A stretch of DNA of 64,000 bases, from NCBI GenBank assembly GCA_034003985.1, contig JAVEXP010000002.1, forward strand, positions 80,789 to 144,788. Reading direction: 5' to 3'. Shown one piece after another: positions 1 through 9,534 of this stretch. The notes under the pieces are model-generated. The model made no database searches. It worked only from the letters and a program-made list of their open reading frames with translations, and was not told the DNA's origin. Positions within the stretch are counted from its first letter, which is position 1, and the number at the start of each line of letters is the position of its first letter. The stretch comes from Patescibacteria group bacterium. GTDB taxonomy: Bacteria > Patescibacteriota > Patescibacteriia > Buchananbacterales > UBA6539. The position numbers and the translations under genes are program-made.

Positions 1-1
1 C

Positions 2-127
2 ATTGTTAAAGTCAGATTGCAAGGGGCTTGCGCCGGCTGTCCGATGTCACAACTTACTTTGCAAGAAGGCATTGGTCGAGTTTTAAGGAATAAAGTCAAG
101 GGGTTTAAAAGTATTGAAGCTGTTTAA
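2..127 (+). CDS. NifU/Nfu-type Fe-S scaffold domain protein, 3' part (truncated by window edge)
   Basis: Frame 2 translates IVKVRLQGACAGCPMSQLTLQEGIGRVLRNKVKGFKSIEAV*, with the Nfu GACxxCPxS motif; lies directly upstream of a cysteine desulfurase. Not in the ORF track. Confidence 0.85.
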   Translation: MVKVRLQGACAGCPMSQLTLQEGIGRVLRNKVKGFKSIEAV

Positions 128-132
128 AGTAT

Positions 133-1293
133 ATGCCTCAAATTTATTTTGATCATGCCTCAACCACGCCGGTTGATCCGGAAGTGTTTGAGGCGATGAA
201 GCCTTATTTTTTGGATAAGTTTGGTAACGCTTCGTCACTTCATAATTATGGCCAGGAATCATTGGCGGCCGTTGAAAATTCCAAAAAGGTAATTGCTGAT
301 TTTTTGAATTGCAAAACCACCGAAATATTTTTTACTTCCGGGGCGACCGAAAGCGACAATCTTGTTATTTTGGGTTTGGCGAAAAAAGGCGAGCATATTA
401 TTACCTCAAAAATTGAACACCCGGCGATTTTGGAACCAGTTTCTCAATTAGCTAAGCAGGGGGTTGAAGTAACTTATTTGGATGTCGACAGTCATGGTTT
501 GGTCTCGTTGACTGACATCAAAGAAGCGGTCAAGGAAAATACCAGACTAATTTCAATCATGTATGTCAATAACGAAATTGGTACCATTCAGCCGATTGCC
601 GAGATTGGCGCTTGGCTTAAAGAACTGAATCAAACGCGGCAAAATAAAATTTATTTTCATACCGACGCCGTTCAAGCCGTTAATTACTGTGAGATGGATA
701 TTGCTAAACTCGGCGTGGATTTGCTTTCGCTTTCAGCCCACAAAATTTATGGACCAAAAGGAATTGGTGTTTTGTACTGTAAAACCGGGGTACCTTTGCA
801 CCCGATTCAGTTTGGCGGTCATCAGCAAAAGGGAATGCGTCCCGGCACAATTAACACCCCGGGAATTGTCGGTCTGGCCAAGGCCATTGAATTGGTTGTT
901 CAAAACTTCACTAGTGACAATGAAAGACTTAAAAAACTTCGGGATGATCTGATCACCAGAGTTTTAGCGACCATCCCCAAATCGCAGCTTAATGGTGATT
1001 TGAAAAAGCGGGTTGCGAATAACGCTCATTTCAGTTTTTATGGCGTTGAAGGTGAAAGTATGCTGCTGCTGCTTGATCAAGAGGGCGTCGCAGTTTCGAC
1101 CGGATCGGCTTGCGCTTCCGGCTCGCTTGAGCCTTCTTATGTCCTAATGAGTTTGGGCATGGATGTCCTTTTTGCCCACGGCAGTCTGCGCATAACTTTG
1201 GGGAAATCTAATACTCAGCAAGATATCGATTATTTGGTTGCCAAATTACCGCCGATTGTTGAGAAGCTGAGAAAGATTTCACCAATCAAATAA
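133..1293 (+). CDS. iscS: Cysteine desulfurase (IscS/NifS, class V PLP)
   Basis: YFDHASTTP, HTDAVQA, SAHKIYGPKG (PLP Lys), STGSACAS (catalytic Cys). Confidence 0.95.
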   Translation: MPQIYFDHASTTPVDPEVFEAMKPYFLDKFGNASSLHNYGQESLAAVENSKKVIADFLNCKTTEIFFTSGATESDNLVILGLAKKGEHIITSKIEHPAILEPVSQLAKQGVEVTYLDVDSHGLVSLTDIKEAVKENTRLISIMYVNNEIGTIQPIAEIGAWLKELNQTRQNKIYFHTDAVQAVNYCEMDIAKLGVDLLSLSAHKIYGPKGIGVLYCKTGVPLHPIQFGGHQQKGMRPGTINTPGIVGLAKAIELVVQNFTSDNERLKKLRDDLITRVLATIPKSQLNGDLKKRVANNAHFSFYGVEGESMLLLLDQEGVAVSTGSACASGSLEPSYVLMSLGMDVLFAHGSLRITLGKSNTQQDIDYLVAKLPPIVEKLRKISPIK

Positions 1294-1300
1294 CCTTCAT

Positions 1301-1696
1301 TTATTTGAAGAAACTTAAAACCTTGGCTGATAATATTGCCACGCTACCGGTCAGCACCGCCCCCCAGATTAAGTCAATAATAGTCATTTTTAAAGGCCAA
1401 TTTTTTATTACCGCTAAAGAAGTTAGATCAAAAGTAGCATAAGCGATAAAACCAAACAGCGCTCCCATTAATAACACTTTTGTTAAATTTTGCTGATAGG
1501 GATAAACGATAAAAACCAAAATTCCGACTACATAAATCGCGTAAAAAATTATTGCCGCCAGCCAATTCGGATTCGGGCGCATTAGCTGCCCAAGTTGTTG
1601 CTGGTAAATATTTTTAGCCACCATCCCTAGCCAGACCAGATCAATGGCTAAAAAAATAATTAAACTAATGAGGTAGTGACTGATAATTTTAGTCAT
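1301..1696 (-). CDS. DUF2177-like membrane protein
   Basis: Four hydrophobic segments; DLVWLG, YATFDLTSLA and IDLIWG motifs. Confidence 0.75.
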   Translation of the reverse strand: MTKIISHYLISLIIFLAIDLVWLGMVAKNIYQQQLGQLMRPNPNWLAAIIFYAIYVVGILVFIVYPYQQNLTKVLLMGALFGFIAYATFDLTSLAVIKNWPLKMTIIDLIWGAVLTGSVAILSAKVLSFFK

Positions 1697-2789
1697 ATTT
1701 TTTTACTTTAATAATTTTTCCCCCGCCCAAGCAGATATTCTTATTATAAAATACCGCGTATTGTCCCGGGGTAATGGCTTTTTGCGGTTTGCTAAAAGTT
1801 AAGATGCCGCTGCCATTGTTTGTTTCCAGCTTGGCTTTGGCCGCCGAATGTTGCGATCTGATTTTAGCTTTGACTGTAATTGGCTTGGTCGGTTTTGGCT
1901 GGGAAATAAAATTACAGGGTTTTAAAGTTGTCTGGAGTCCGTTTAAATCAGCGGCTGATTTGGAGACTAATAAAGTATTATCTTTTAAATCAAAACCAAC
2001 CACAAAGTAAGGGCCGCCGGCCAGCTTGATTCCTTTGCGTTGGCCAATGGTATAAAAATGAAGTCCCAAGTGACTGCCTAAAATTTTACCGTCCAAGTTT
2101 TTAATCGGTCCTTCTTTCAGGCCGATTGATTTGGTCAAAAAACTGTTCAGGCTTTTGCCCGAGACAAAACAAAAGTCCTGGCTTTGTTTGCGTTTTTCGT
2201 AAAAACTAAAACCCGCAGCTTGGGCCATGGCTATTACTTCACTTTTGGTATATTTTCCCAAAGGCAAGATTATTTTTCCAAGCAATTTTTGGGGTAAAAA
2301 AGCCAAGGAGTAGGTTTGGTCTTTGGCTAAGTCTTTGGCTTTTAGTAACTGACATAATTTGGTTTTGGAATTTTGGCGGATTTGGGCATAATGACCGGTG
2401 GCCACATAATTGGCCCCCAATTTTTTGGCCGCTTTGAACAGTTGATCAAATTTCAGTTGGGGATTGCAGACCACGCAAGGATTGGGGGTCAAATTTTTTT
2501 TCAGCTCATCCGTGAAATAATCAATTACGGTTTTTTGAAATTCTTGCGAGACATCAATGATATGGTAGGGGATATCCAGTTTTTGGCAGACATATTTGGC
2601 AATTTTGAATGATTCGCTGTCGCAGCAGACATTTTCGCGCAGTTGATTTTCTTTGTCTTGCCAGACGGCGTATTTCAAGGAAACGCCGATTGGTTCAAAA
2701 CCTTGTTGCTTCAGCAATATTAAAGAAACCGACGAATCAACTCCGCCGGACATGCCAACTATCACTTTTTTATTTTTTGTTTTAGTCAT
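1689..2789 (-). CDS. mnmA: tRNA-specific 2-thiouridylase MnmA
   Basis: MSGGVDSSV PP-loop, TPNPCVVCN, ATGHYA, KDQTY, SQDFCF, TIGQRKG, AITPGQ; ATG at 2789 preferred over the upstream alternative start. Confidence 0.95.
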   Translation of the reverse strand: MTKTKNKKVIVGMSGGVDSSVSLILLKQQGFEPIGVSLKYAVWQDKENQLRENVCCDSESFKIAKYVCQKLDIPYHIIDVSQEFQKTVIDYFTDELKKNLTPNPCVVCNPQLKFDQLFKAAKKLGANYVATGHYAQIRQNSKTKLCQLLKAKDLAKDQTYSLAFLPQKLLGKIILPLGKYTKSEVIAMAQAAGFSFYEKRKQSQDFCFVSGKSLNSFLTKSIGLKEGPIKNLDGKILGSHLGLHFYTIGQRKGIKLAGGPYFVVGFDLKDNTLLVSKSAADLNGLQTTLKPCNFISQPKPTKPITVKAKIRSQHSAAKAKLETNNGSGILTFSKPQKAITPGQYAVFYNKNICLGGGKIIKVKKYD

Positions 2790-2803
2790 TGGGCTAACAA
2801 ATA

Positions 2804-3307
2804 TTACACAGCTTCCAGCTTCCAATCAATGATTTTGATATCTTTGTCGTACAAAAATTCTCCTTTCAGTTTTTCTCCGTTTAAAATGCGCGGTAGGTAA
2901 TAAGCGGCATCCGGCCACATTAAATTTAGTGGAATTTTTTGAAGCTCAAACCATTGTGGCTCAATCTCCTGAGTTGGCGAGACTTGCCCTTGGAATTTAT
3001 GGCCGATGAAATAATGAACCCGAAAATTCCAATTGGTAAACTGTTTTGTCAGGGGAAAATAAAAATCAATTATTGCCACTTCTTCAAAATCCAATGGTGT
3101 GACTTTGATTTCTTCTTGGGTTTCTCTGATGACCGTTTGATAAATCGTTTCACCCATTTCAACTTTGCCGCCTATGCCCAGCCATTTGCCTTCTCCTAAT
3201 CCTTTGATTTTTTTGCCTAATAATACTTTGTCATTCTGAATAATATATAAACCGGTGCTGACTTTGAGCTCTTGTTTTAAGGCTTGTTTGTGTTCAGCTA
3301 GATTCAT
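2804..3307 (-). CDS. NUDIX hydrolase, MTH1/8-oxo-dGTPase-like
   Basis: Nudix box GGKVEMGETIYQTVIRETQEE; EIEPQWF..IP..MWPD typical of the MTH1-like subfamily. Confidence 0.85.
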   Translation of the reverse strand: MNLAEHKQALKQELKVSTGLYIIQNDKVLLGKKIKGLGEGKWLGIGGKVEMGETIYQTVIRETQEEIKVTPLDFEEVAIIDFYFPLTKQFTNWNFRVHYFIGHKFQGQVSPTQEIEPQWFELQKIPLNLMWPDAAYYLPRILNGEKLKGEFLYDKDIKIIDWKLEAV

Positions 3308-3317
3308 GGTTTTGTTT

Positions 3318-3394
3318 TGGTCGGGCTGGCGGGACTCGAACCCGCGACCTCAGCGTCCCGAACGCTGCGCGCTAGCCAACTGCGCTACAGCCCG
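3318..3394 (-). tRNA. tRNA-Pro(CGG)
   Basis: Reverse complement CGGGCTGTAGCGCAGTTGGCTAGCGCGCAGCGTTCGGGACGCTGAGGTCGCGGGTTCGAGTCCCGCCAGCCCGACCA: cloverleaf, anticodon stem CAGCG/CGCTG with loop TT-CGG-GA, TTCGA T-loop, encoded CCA. Confidence 0.97.
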
Positions 3395-3446
3395 ATGGCA
3401 TTTATTAGTCTAGCGGTTTTTATCAATAAAATCAACTATCTTTTTT

Positions 3447-3491
3447 TAAAAAAAATAGAGGGTCGTGCCGGCAGGAGTGGCATCGACCCTC
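3447..3491 (-). terminator. Intrinsic terminator for the 3511-3957 gene
   Basis: Stem GAGGGTCG-TGCC...GGCA-T-CGACCCTC followed on the minus strand by a long U tract (A run on +). Confidence 0.7.
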
Positions 3492-3510
3492 AGGGGGTGG
3501 GGGGTGAGGA

Positions 3511-3957
3511 TCATCTTGGATTGGGGCGTTTGGGGGTCAGTATGCCTGACCACTGGACTGCCGCCATGGTAGCGGCAACAACAATGGCGATACTCAGCCA
3601 CATCAGGGCATGCCCTAATAGTGGCTTTTCTTGCCAAAGCCCAGTTCGGCCCATCTCGACCAGGGTTGGCCATACGAATTTGACCATGAAGGTCACCCCG
3701 CCCATGAAAACGATCACGGGTGAGAAAAATCGTACGGTTCTCCCGGTCAAGTTCAGTCCGGCCAAAACCCATTTCCGGTGCAGCAGGTCAATCAGCCCGA
3801 GGCTGATGCAGATGAGTGAAACGAGAGCCAGTCCAGCCCAGACGACATATTGGGCAATGTGCCCAGCTGTCGTTTCGGGACCAAGCGGCTGCCACAGCAA
3901 TCCACTCACCAATACCACTGCCAGAAGTCCAAGGTTTACTTTCGTAACGATCCACAT
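3511..3957 (-). CDS. Hypothetical membrane protein (about 4 TM), GC-richer than its neighbours
   Basis: Hydrophobic ORF with AAAGGA SD, a consensus promoter upstream and a terminator downstream. Confidence 0.7.
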   Translation of the reverse strand: MWIVTKVNLGLLAVVLVSGLLWQPLGPETTAGHIAQYVVWAGLALVSLICISLGLIDLLHRKWVLAGLNLTGRTVRFFSPVIVFMGGVTFMVKFVWPTLVEMGRTGLWQEKPLLGHALMWLSIAIVVAATMAAVQWSGILTPKRPNPR

Positions 3958-4047
3958 GCTACAGGGGTCCTTTCTTGGTTGGTTGCTTAATTTGGTTGCA
4001 GCCCAATTTTCGCAGCCCTCTTGCGCCCAAGAATTTAGGATAATGAT

Positions 4048-4117
4048 ATTATAGCATATTTAATAAATGTTGTCAATAGTTATGGCTTTTGACCAAATAT
4101 CTGGTTAAGGGTAGAAT
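4048..4117. promoter_or_regulatory. Back-to-back sigma70-type promoters
   Basis: Minus: TTGACA(4076-4071)-17-TATAAT(4053-4048) with TG extension. Plus: TTGACC(4089-4094)-17-TAGAAT(4112-4117) upstream of rarA. Confidence 0.7.
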
Positions 4118-4220
4118 ATAATAGCCTATATTTGCCTTAAAATTGCGTTTTTTGGCCCCATTAATCAATTTTTGGTATCCAAGGCTTAAATATCAATTTT
4201 CTCCTAAAATTAACAAAACA

Positions 4221-5471
4221 ATGGACTTATTTGACCAAAAGTTAGAGCAGGATTTAAAAAGCCATTCACCTTTGGCTGATCGCATGCGGCCTCAGGCTTT
4301 GCAGGATTTTATTGGTCAAAAAGATGTGGTTGGCACCGGTAAATTATTGCGTCAGGCTATTGAAAAGGATGAAATTCCCTCCATGATTTTTTGGGGACCG
4401 CCGGGTACGGGCAAAAGCACTTTGGCCAGAATCATCGCCAAATTGACCAAATCAACTTTTGTTCAGCTTTCAGCGGTCAGTTCGGGGGTCAAGGATTTTC
4501 GGGAAATCGTCAAAACCGCCGCTGACCGGCGCAAATTCAACGGCCAGCGCACTATTTTGTTTATTGATGAAATTCATCGTTGGAATAAAGCCCAGCAGGA
4601 TGCTTTATTGCCTTATGTTGAACAAGGCTTAATCACTTTGATTGGCGCTACTACCGAGAATCCCAGTTTTGAAGTGGTGTCCGCCTTGCTTTCTCGCTGC
4701 CGGGTTTTTGTTTTGCAGCAGCTGACCGAACATGATCTGGAAATAATTTTGTCTCGGGCCATCAAAGAAGGTTTTGGTGAACTTAAAGTTCAAGCCGATG
4801 ATCAAATTATCAGATATTTGGCCAGCCTTTCCAACGGCGATGCCCGCGTGGCGCTCAATGCCTTGGAGTTTGCGGTCAGATCAAGTCAAACCAAAAATGA
4901 CGGCGAGGTGACTTTGGACCGGGAAATTATCAAAGAATCATTGCAAAAATCAAGCTATCTTTATGATAAAGACGGTGAGCAACATTACAACTTGATTTCG
5001 GCGCTGCACAAGTCCGTTCGGGGCAATAATGCCGATGCGGCCTTGTATTGGCTTGGCCGGATGCTGGAAGCCGGCGAGGAGCCGCTCTATGTCGCGCGGC
5101 GGTTGGTTAGAATGGCGGTGGAAGATATTGGTTTGGCCGATCCTCGTGCTTTGGAACAAGCCGTGGCTTGCCATCAGGCTTGTCATTTTATCGGGATGCC
5201 GGAATGTGATATTATTTTGGGTCAATGCGTGGTTTATCTGGCGCGCGCGCCAAAATCGGTGGAAGTCTATCGGGCTTACGGCCAGGTCAAAGAGGATGTC
5301 AAAAATACTATGGACCAGCCGGTGCCGCTGCACTTGCGCAATGCTCCCACCAAGCTGATGAAGGATTTGAATTACGGCAAAGACTATAAATACTCACCCG
5401 ACTATGATTGGCAGGAAGACCAAGATTATTTTCCCTTGGAATTAAAAAATCGAAAATATCTTGATAATTAG
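4221..5471 (+). CDS. rarA: Replication-associated recombination protein A (RarA/MgsA AAA+ ATPase)
   Basis: PLADRMRP, GPPGTGKST, FIDEIHR, GATTENPSF, ISALHKSVRG, EDIGLADP, VPLHLRNAPT; ATG at 4221. Confidence 0.95.
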   Translation: MDLFDQKLEQDLKSHSPLADRMRPQALQDFIGQKDVVGTGKLLRQAIEKDEIPSMIFWGPPGTGKSTLARIIAKLTKSTFVQLSAVSSGVKDFREIVKTAADRRKFNGQRTILFIDEIHRWNKAQQDALLPYVEQGLITLIGATTENPSFEVVSALLSRCRVFVLQQLTEHDLEIILSRAIKEGFGELKVQADDQIIRYLASLSNGDARVALNALEFAVRSSQTKNDGEVTLDREIIKESLQKSSYLYDKDGEQHYNLISALHKSVRGNNADAALYWLGRMLEAGEEPLYVARRLVRMAVEDIGLADPRALEQAVACHQACHFIGMPECDIILGQCVVYLARAPKSVEVYRAYGQVKEDVKNTMDQPVPLHLRNAPTKLMKDLNYGKDYKYSPDYDWQEDQDYFPLELKNRKYLDN

Positions 5472-5482
5472 TATCAAAAAAT

Positions 5483-5929
5483 ATGGTTAGAGAAAAAACC
5501 GTCGGTGTTATTACTTTCAAACGAGATGGTCACTCAATTCGCTATTTGCTTTTGCATCACGGTGGTAGCTATTGGAATTTTCCCAAGGGCCGCCAGGAGG
5601 GGCTGGAAACCGAGCTGGAATCGGCTTTGCGGGAACTGCGGGAAGAAACCGGCATTACCAATATTAAAATCATTGACGGGTTTTGCGACGGTTATGATTA
5701 CGATTTTGATACTGTGATTGAAGATGGCGTGAAAGAAAAGGTCTGCAAACAGGCCGTTTTTTATCTGGGCGAGGTTTTGGAAAATGAGGTTAAAATTTCC
5801 GATGAGCATATTGATTATGGCTGGTTTGATTTTAAAACCGCCCAGGATCGGATGTTTTATCAGGAGGGCCGTAGCCTGCTTAAGCGGGCTCATGCCTTCC
5901 TTTCAAAACAGCATGATTTTGTGTTATAA
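5483..5929 (+). CDS. NUDIX hydrolase, Ap4A-hydrolase-like
   Basis: YLLLH..WNFPKG...ALRELREETG; ISDEH motif. Confidence 0.85.
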   Translation: MVREKTVGVITFKRDGHSIRYLLLHHGGSYWNFPKGRQEGLETELESALRELREETGITNIKIIDGFCDGYDYDFDTVIEDGVKEKVCKQAVFYLGEVLENEVKISDEHIDYGWFDFKTAQDRMFYQEGRSLLKRAHAFLSKQHDFVL

Positions 5930-5995
5930 TTACTGATGTGAACCAAATAAAATTTATTTTTATTTGGCCCAAGCGATCATCTAATCTTTTCATGT

Positions 5996-7042
5996 ATGGA
6001 TATCAAAAAATATTTTGAAGCGGCCTTGCAGCATCAGGCCTCAGACCTCCATTTGGTTTCTGGCAATAAACCGTCGTTGCGCATCGACGGTAATTTACAG
6101 ATTATTGAAGATCAAGTTTTGGGTTCCACCGACTTGGAGGCCGCAATTTTTTCAATGATGGAGGAATCCGATATTGATGTTTATAAAAAAAATAAAGAAT
6201 TAGATATCGCTTTGGATATCAACGGCGGGCATTTTCGGGTCAACCTTCATCAGCAGGAAGGTCATATTGGCATTTCCGCTCGCGTTATTCCGGAAACCAT
6301 TCCCGATCCTCAAGATATCAATTTAGATGAAACCCTTTATCGCTTAACCCATCTTAATCAGGGCTTGATTTTGGTTACCGGCCCTTCCGGTTCCGGTAAA
6401 TCCACCACTTTGGCGGTGTTGATTGATTTGATTAACAAGGAGCGCCGGGCGCATATTATTACGATTGAAGATCCGGTTGAATTTATTTTTCATGAAAAGC
6501 AAAGCATTATTGAACAGCGGGAGCTTGGGCGCGACACCTTTTCTTTCGACGAAGCTTTAAAGCGGGCTCTGCGTCAGGATCCCAATGTCATCATGGTTGG
6601 TGAAATGCGCGATTTGGAAACAATCTCGGCCACCCTGACGGCGGCGGAGACCGGTCACTTGGTGCTGTCAACTTTGCATACCAATAATGCGCCCGAAACC
6701 ATTGAACGGATTGTCGATATGTTTCCCTCGCATCGTCAGCAGCAGATTTTGACTCAATTGTCGTCTTCTTTGCGCGCGGTGATTTGCCAGCAGATGATGC
6801 CCAAAAAAGGTGGCGGAGTAACCGTGGCACGCGAGATTCTGATTAATACGCCGGCAATTGCCAATTTGATCAGAGAGGATAAGATTGCCCATATCGCTTC
6901 GGCTATGCAGACCGGCCGCAGCGAAGGGATGGTTACGATGCAGTCATCAATTAAAAAGCTTTATGAGGAGGGAATTATTGACGAACAAGTTTATATTAAC
7001 CGAACCGGCCGGGCTGGTGACAGTTTGAGTACTTATTATTAA
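5996..7042 (+). CDS. pilT: Type IV pilus retraction ATPase PilT
   Basis: ASDLHL, GPSGSGKSTT, TIEDPVE, ALRQDPNVIMVGEMRD, AETGHLVLSTLHT, AIANLIRE. Confidence 0.93.
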   Translation: MDIKKYFEAALQHQASDLHLVSGNKPSLRIDGNLQIIEDQVLGSTDLEAAIFSMMEESDIDVYKKNKELDIALDINGGHFRVNLHQQEGHIGISARVIPETIPDPQDINLDETLYRLTHLNQGLILVTGPSGSGKSTTLAVLIDLINKERRAHIITIEDPVEFIFHEKQSIIEQRELGRDTFSFDEALKRALRQDPNVIMVGEMRDLETISATLTAAETGHLVLSTLHTNNAPETIERIVDMFPSHRQQQILTQLSSSLRAVICQQMMPKKGGGVTVAREILINTPAIANLIREDKIAHIASAMQTGRSEGMVTMQSSIKKLYEEGIIDEQVYINRTGRAGDSLSTYY

Positions 7043-7053
7043 TGTTTTGATTC

Positions 7054-7392
7054 ATGACTGATGAAAAATGGCAACAAGTTATCGGGCACATTAAAGATAA
7101 TTTTGACATTATTAATCAGCGGACTGAAGAATTGCCCGAAGATATCGGTCCGGGAACCGTTGAAATAATTGAATTTCAGGGGCCATTGGGCAAGATGAAG
7201 CTGGAACATACCGTCCAGCCGTTGGTGGTTGACAAAAAGACCATTGGCAGCCGGCGGATTGGCAGTGATGTAACGGTTGAGTACAGATATTCCGACACCG
7301 AAACCGTTAACAAATTCAAAGCTTACCGTTGGGATGACACCGTCAATGATTGGATCGAGATGACTATGGCCAGAGGGGAAATGATTTTTTAA
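7054..7392 (+). CDS. Hypothetical protein
   Basis: Co-oriented ORF with short gaps in the pilT operon; no recognised motif. Confidence 0.7.
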   Translation: MTDEKWQQVIGHIKDNFDIINQRTEELPEDIGPGTVEIIEFQGPLGKMKLEHTVQPLVVDKKTIGSRRIGSDVTVEYRYSDTETVNKFKAYRWDDTVNDWIEMTMARGEMIF

Positions 7393-7421
7393 AATAAAAT
7401 ATAAATTTAACATTTAAAACT

Positions 7422-7763
7422 ATGCTAAAACGAAAACAAAAAGTAGATGATTCCGAAGTTTTAAAATTCGGATTTCTGGGCGGTATGGCCCAGTCGGTTT
7501 ATATTTTGCTGATTAGCTTATTTATTCAGATTTTGGACAAATCAACCCCGCCGCCTTATCCGGCTCAAATGTGGGGTCCGGTTTTGGTTTTAATAATGTT
7601 TGTTTTCAGCGCCGGCATTTCAGCGATTTTGATGTTTGGTTATCCGGCTTATTTGGCAATGCAGCAGCGTTACGCCGAAGCTTTGATGACAGCGGTAACT
7701 AGTTTGTTAACTTTGGCGATGATTGGTATTTTTGTTTTTATGTTGCTTTCTTCTATTTACTAA
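7422..7763 (+). CDS. Hypothetical membrane protein (3 TM)
   Basis: Three hydrophobic segments; operon context. Confidence 0.7.
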   Translation: MLKRKQKVDDSEVLKFGFLGGMAQSVYILLISLFIQILDKSTPPPYPAQMWGPVLVLIMFVFSAGISAILMFGYPAYLAMQQRYAEALMTAVTSLLTLAMIGIFVFMLLSSIY

Positions 7764-8192
7764 ATGATTCACAATAGTGCTAAGAATTTAATTTGTTTTT
7801 TTCTAGCCGCTGGTTTGGTCCTTGCCGGTTGTGTTGTCAAAAGTCCGACTGACCCAGTTGATGAATTGAATATTGGTGAATTAAGCTCGCCGCCTAGTAA
7901 TGTTAACGATTCTTCCCAAGTTGCCGAACCCGATTATCAAGAGCAAGCGGCTGATTATCAGCGTCAGGTTAGGGAAATTATTGGTGATTATCGGATTAGT
8001 CAAAGTTTCTTGGGAATTAAAGATAGCTTATTGGTTTTAACGGTGCCGGCAGGTGATTTGGATTTTCATTTTAATTTGGTGCTTGACTTTGAACTGCTTG
8101 AGCAAGCGGCTGATAATAATGACCAAAGTGAGTTTTCGTCCGTCAAGCTCCGGATTGAGGATTTAATTAATCAAACCGAGTGGTTAAATTAA
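7764..8192 (+). CDS. Hypothetical secreted or lipoprotein-like protein
   Basis: N-terminal hydrophobic stretch ending in a lipobox-like LAG-C. Confidence 0.65.
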   Translation: MIHNSAKNLICFFLAAGLVLAGCVVKSPTDPVDELNIGELSSPPSNVNDSSQVAEPDYQEQAADYQRQVREIIGDYRISQSFLGIKDSLLVLTVPAGDLDFHFNLVLDFELLEQAADNNDQSEFSSVKLRIEDLINQTEWLN

Positions 8193-8199
8193 TAACAAT

Positions 8200-8688
8200 A
8201 TGATCAAAAAGAAACAAGGCATCACTCTTATTGAATTGATGGTTGCTTTTTTGATTATTACCATGATTGCCACCGTGGGGATTATTTCCATTAAAAACAC
8301 CCGGGCCAAATCGCGCGATGCCAAAAGAGCCTATGACATTCAGCAGTATGCCAAGGCATTGCGGCTTTATGCCCAGGATCACGGTAATAATTTCCCGGCC
8401 GCCAACGGTTACCTGGGTCGGGGGAGCGAGTTGGATGAAATGTTAAGACCGTATTTTAGAGATTTACCCAAGGATCCTTTGGATACCGGCGGTGATTCTA
8501 TGCTTGATTATTACTATTATTATGTCGCTAGTAATGTCTGTCTGGGTGTAAATTATCCTACCGTTCATGCTCAAAATATGGAGACCGATAAGTCAGAGCT
8601 CAACGATAATACTTGCACCGATGGTCTGGGCGGTAGCGATAATGGCTATGCCGATCAGGCTGATTTTTTGGCCATAATATTTTATTAA
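8200..8688 (+). CDS. Type IV pilin / GspG-like prepilin
   Basis: KKQG|ITLIELMV class III signal with E+5; KSRDAKR..D and PKDP motifs; two C-terminal Cys. Confidence 0.9.
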   Translation: MIKKKQGITLIELMVAFLIITMIATVGIISIKNTRAKSRDAKRAYDIQQYAKALRLYAQDHGNNFPAANGYLGRGSELDEMLRPYFRDLPKDPLDTGGDSMLDYYYYYVASNVCLGVNYPTVHAQNMETDKSELNDNTCTDGLGGSDNGYADQADFLAIIFY

Positions 8689-8692
8689 AATA

Positions 8693-9523
8693 ATGTCAAC
8701 CGATAATTTTTTTAATCAATTGGATAACCCTTCCAAGGCCCAGCCGATTAATCAAAACCAAAAAACCGAGCGCTGGTATTTTGGATTTTTGACCAAGACT
8801 AAGCGCTTTTGGCTTGTGACCGTTGGAATCTTTATTTTAGTGCTCGGTCTTTTAGGTTTGGTGATTATGGCCAAGGCCGGTATTGTCTATTTTCCCGGCG
8901 TATCGGAGCTGATATATCACCAGCCGCAGCCCACTAGATTGATTGTTGATTCGGTTCAAGACCAACTCTCCAGTTCGCAGCCCTTTACCGTTTCTTTCGA
9001 CGAGCAAGCCGGGGTTATTAGTTTGAATATTACCGAGGAAAATTTGACCGGTTATTTAAGGCGTAATCTCGCCCAGTCCGCCAATGCCGCTTTTGGCTCG
9101 CAGTCGCAAATTATATTTAGCGACGGTCGATTTGAATTTTTTGGCCCGATGCTGCGGCCGGTAAAAACCACTTTGACTCTGGAAGCCAGACTATTTACTT
9201 CAAATGGGCTACTGGACTATCAAATTACCAGGTTAAGGTTCGGTGATTTGGATTTGCCCCCGGCTTTATCCGACTGGCTGATTAAAGCATATTTTTCTAA
9301 TCGGGCTAAGGCTGATAATCCATTCGCCAGTCTGTTAGCTAATTTCAAAAACCTTTCAGCCGATACCGGTAAACCTAATATCAGACTGGAACGGTTCAGT
9401 TTGACTGACGGCCAGCTCAACCTGGCAATTTATTTGAATTTGGAAGAAATCAAGGCCGCGATGGAAAAAATTGGCCCCCTTATTGATCAGCGCCTTGATG
9501 AACAGTTAAATCGCAACAATTAA
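8693..9523 (+). CDS. Hypothetical membrane-anchored protein
   Basis: Single N-terminal TM followed by a soluble domain. Confidence 0.7.
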   Translation: MSTDNFFNQLDNPSKAQPINQNQKTERWYFGFLTKTKRFWLVTVGIFILVLGLLGLVIMAKAGIVYFPGVSELIYHQPQPTRLIVDSVQDQLSSSQPFTVSFDEQAGVISLNITEENLTGYLRRNLAQSANAAFGSQSQIIFSDGRFEFFGPMLRPVKTTLTLEARLFTSNGLLDYQITRLRFGDLDLPPALSDWLIKAYFSNRAKADNPFASLLANFKNLSADTGKPNIRLERFSLTDGQLNLAIYLNLEEIKAAMEKIGPLIDQRLDEQLNRNN

Positions 9524-9534
9524 GCTGACTTATT

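Noticed and set aside
3318-3394. tRNA-Pro as an integration site
   Set aside because: No integrase and no duplicated tRNA 3' end seen; the 3' side runs straight into the NUDIX and mnmA genes.
3317-4054. 245-aa + strand ORF
   Set aside because: Antisense to tRNA-Pro and to the 3511-3957 gene, which has its own promoter, SD and terminator; the N-terminus is the typical tRNA-antisense translation artefact.
5943-5967. AT-rich inverted repeat upstream of pilT
   Set aside because: CCAAATAAAA/TTTTATTTGG is low-complexity and weak, with no U-tract; cannot be assigned as terminator or operator.
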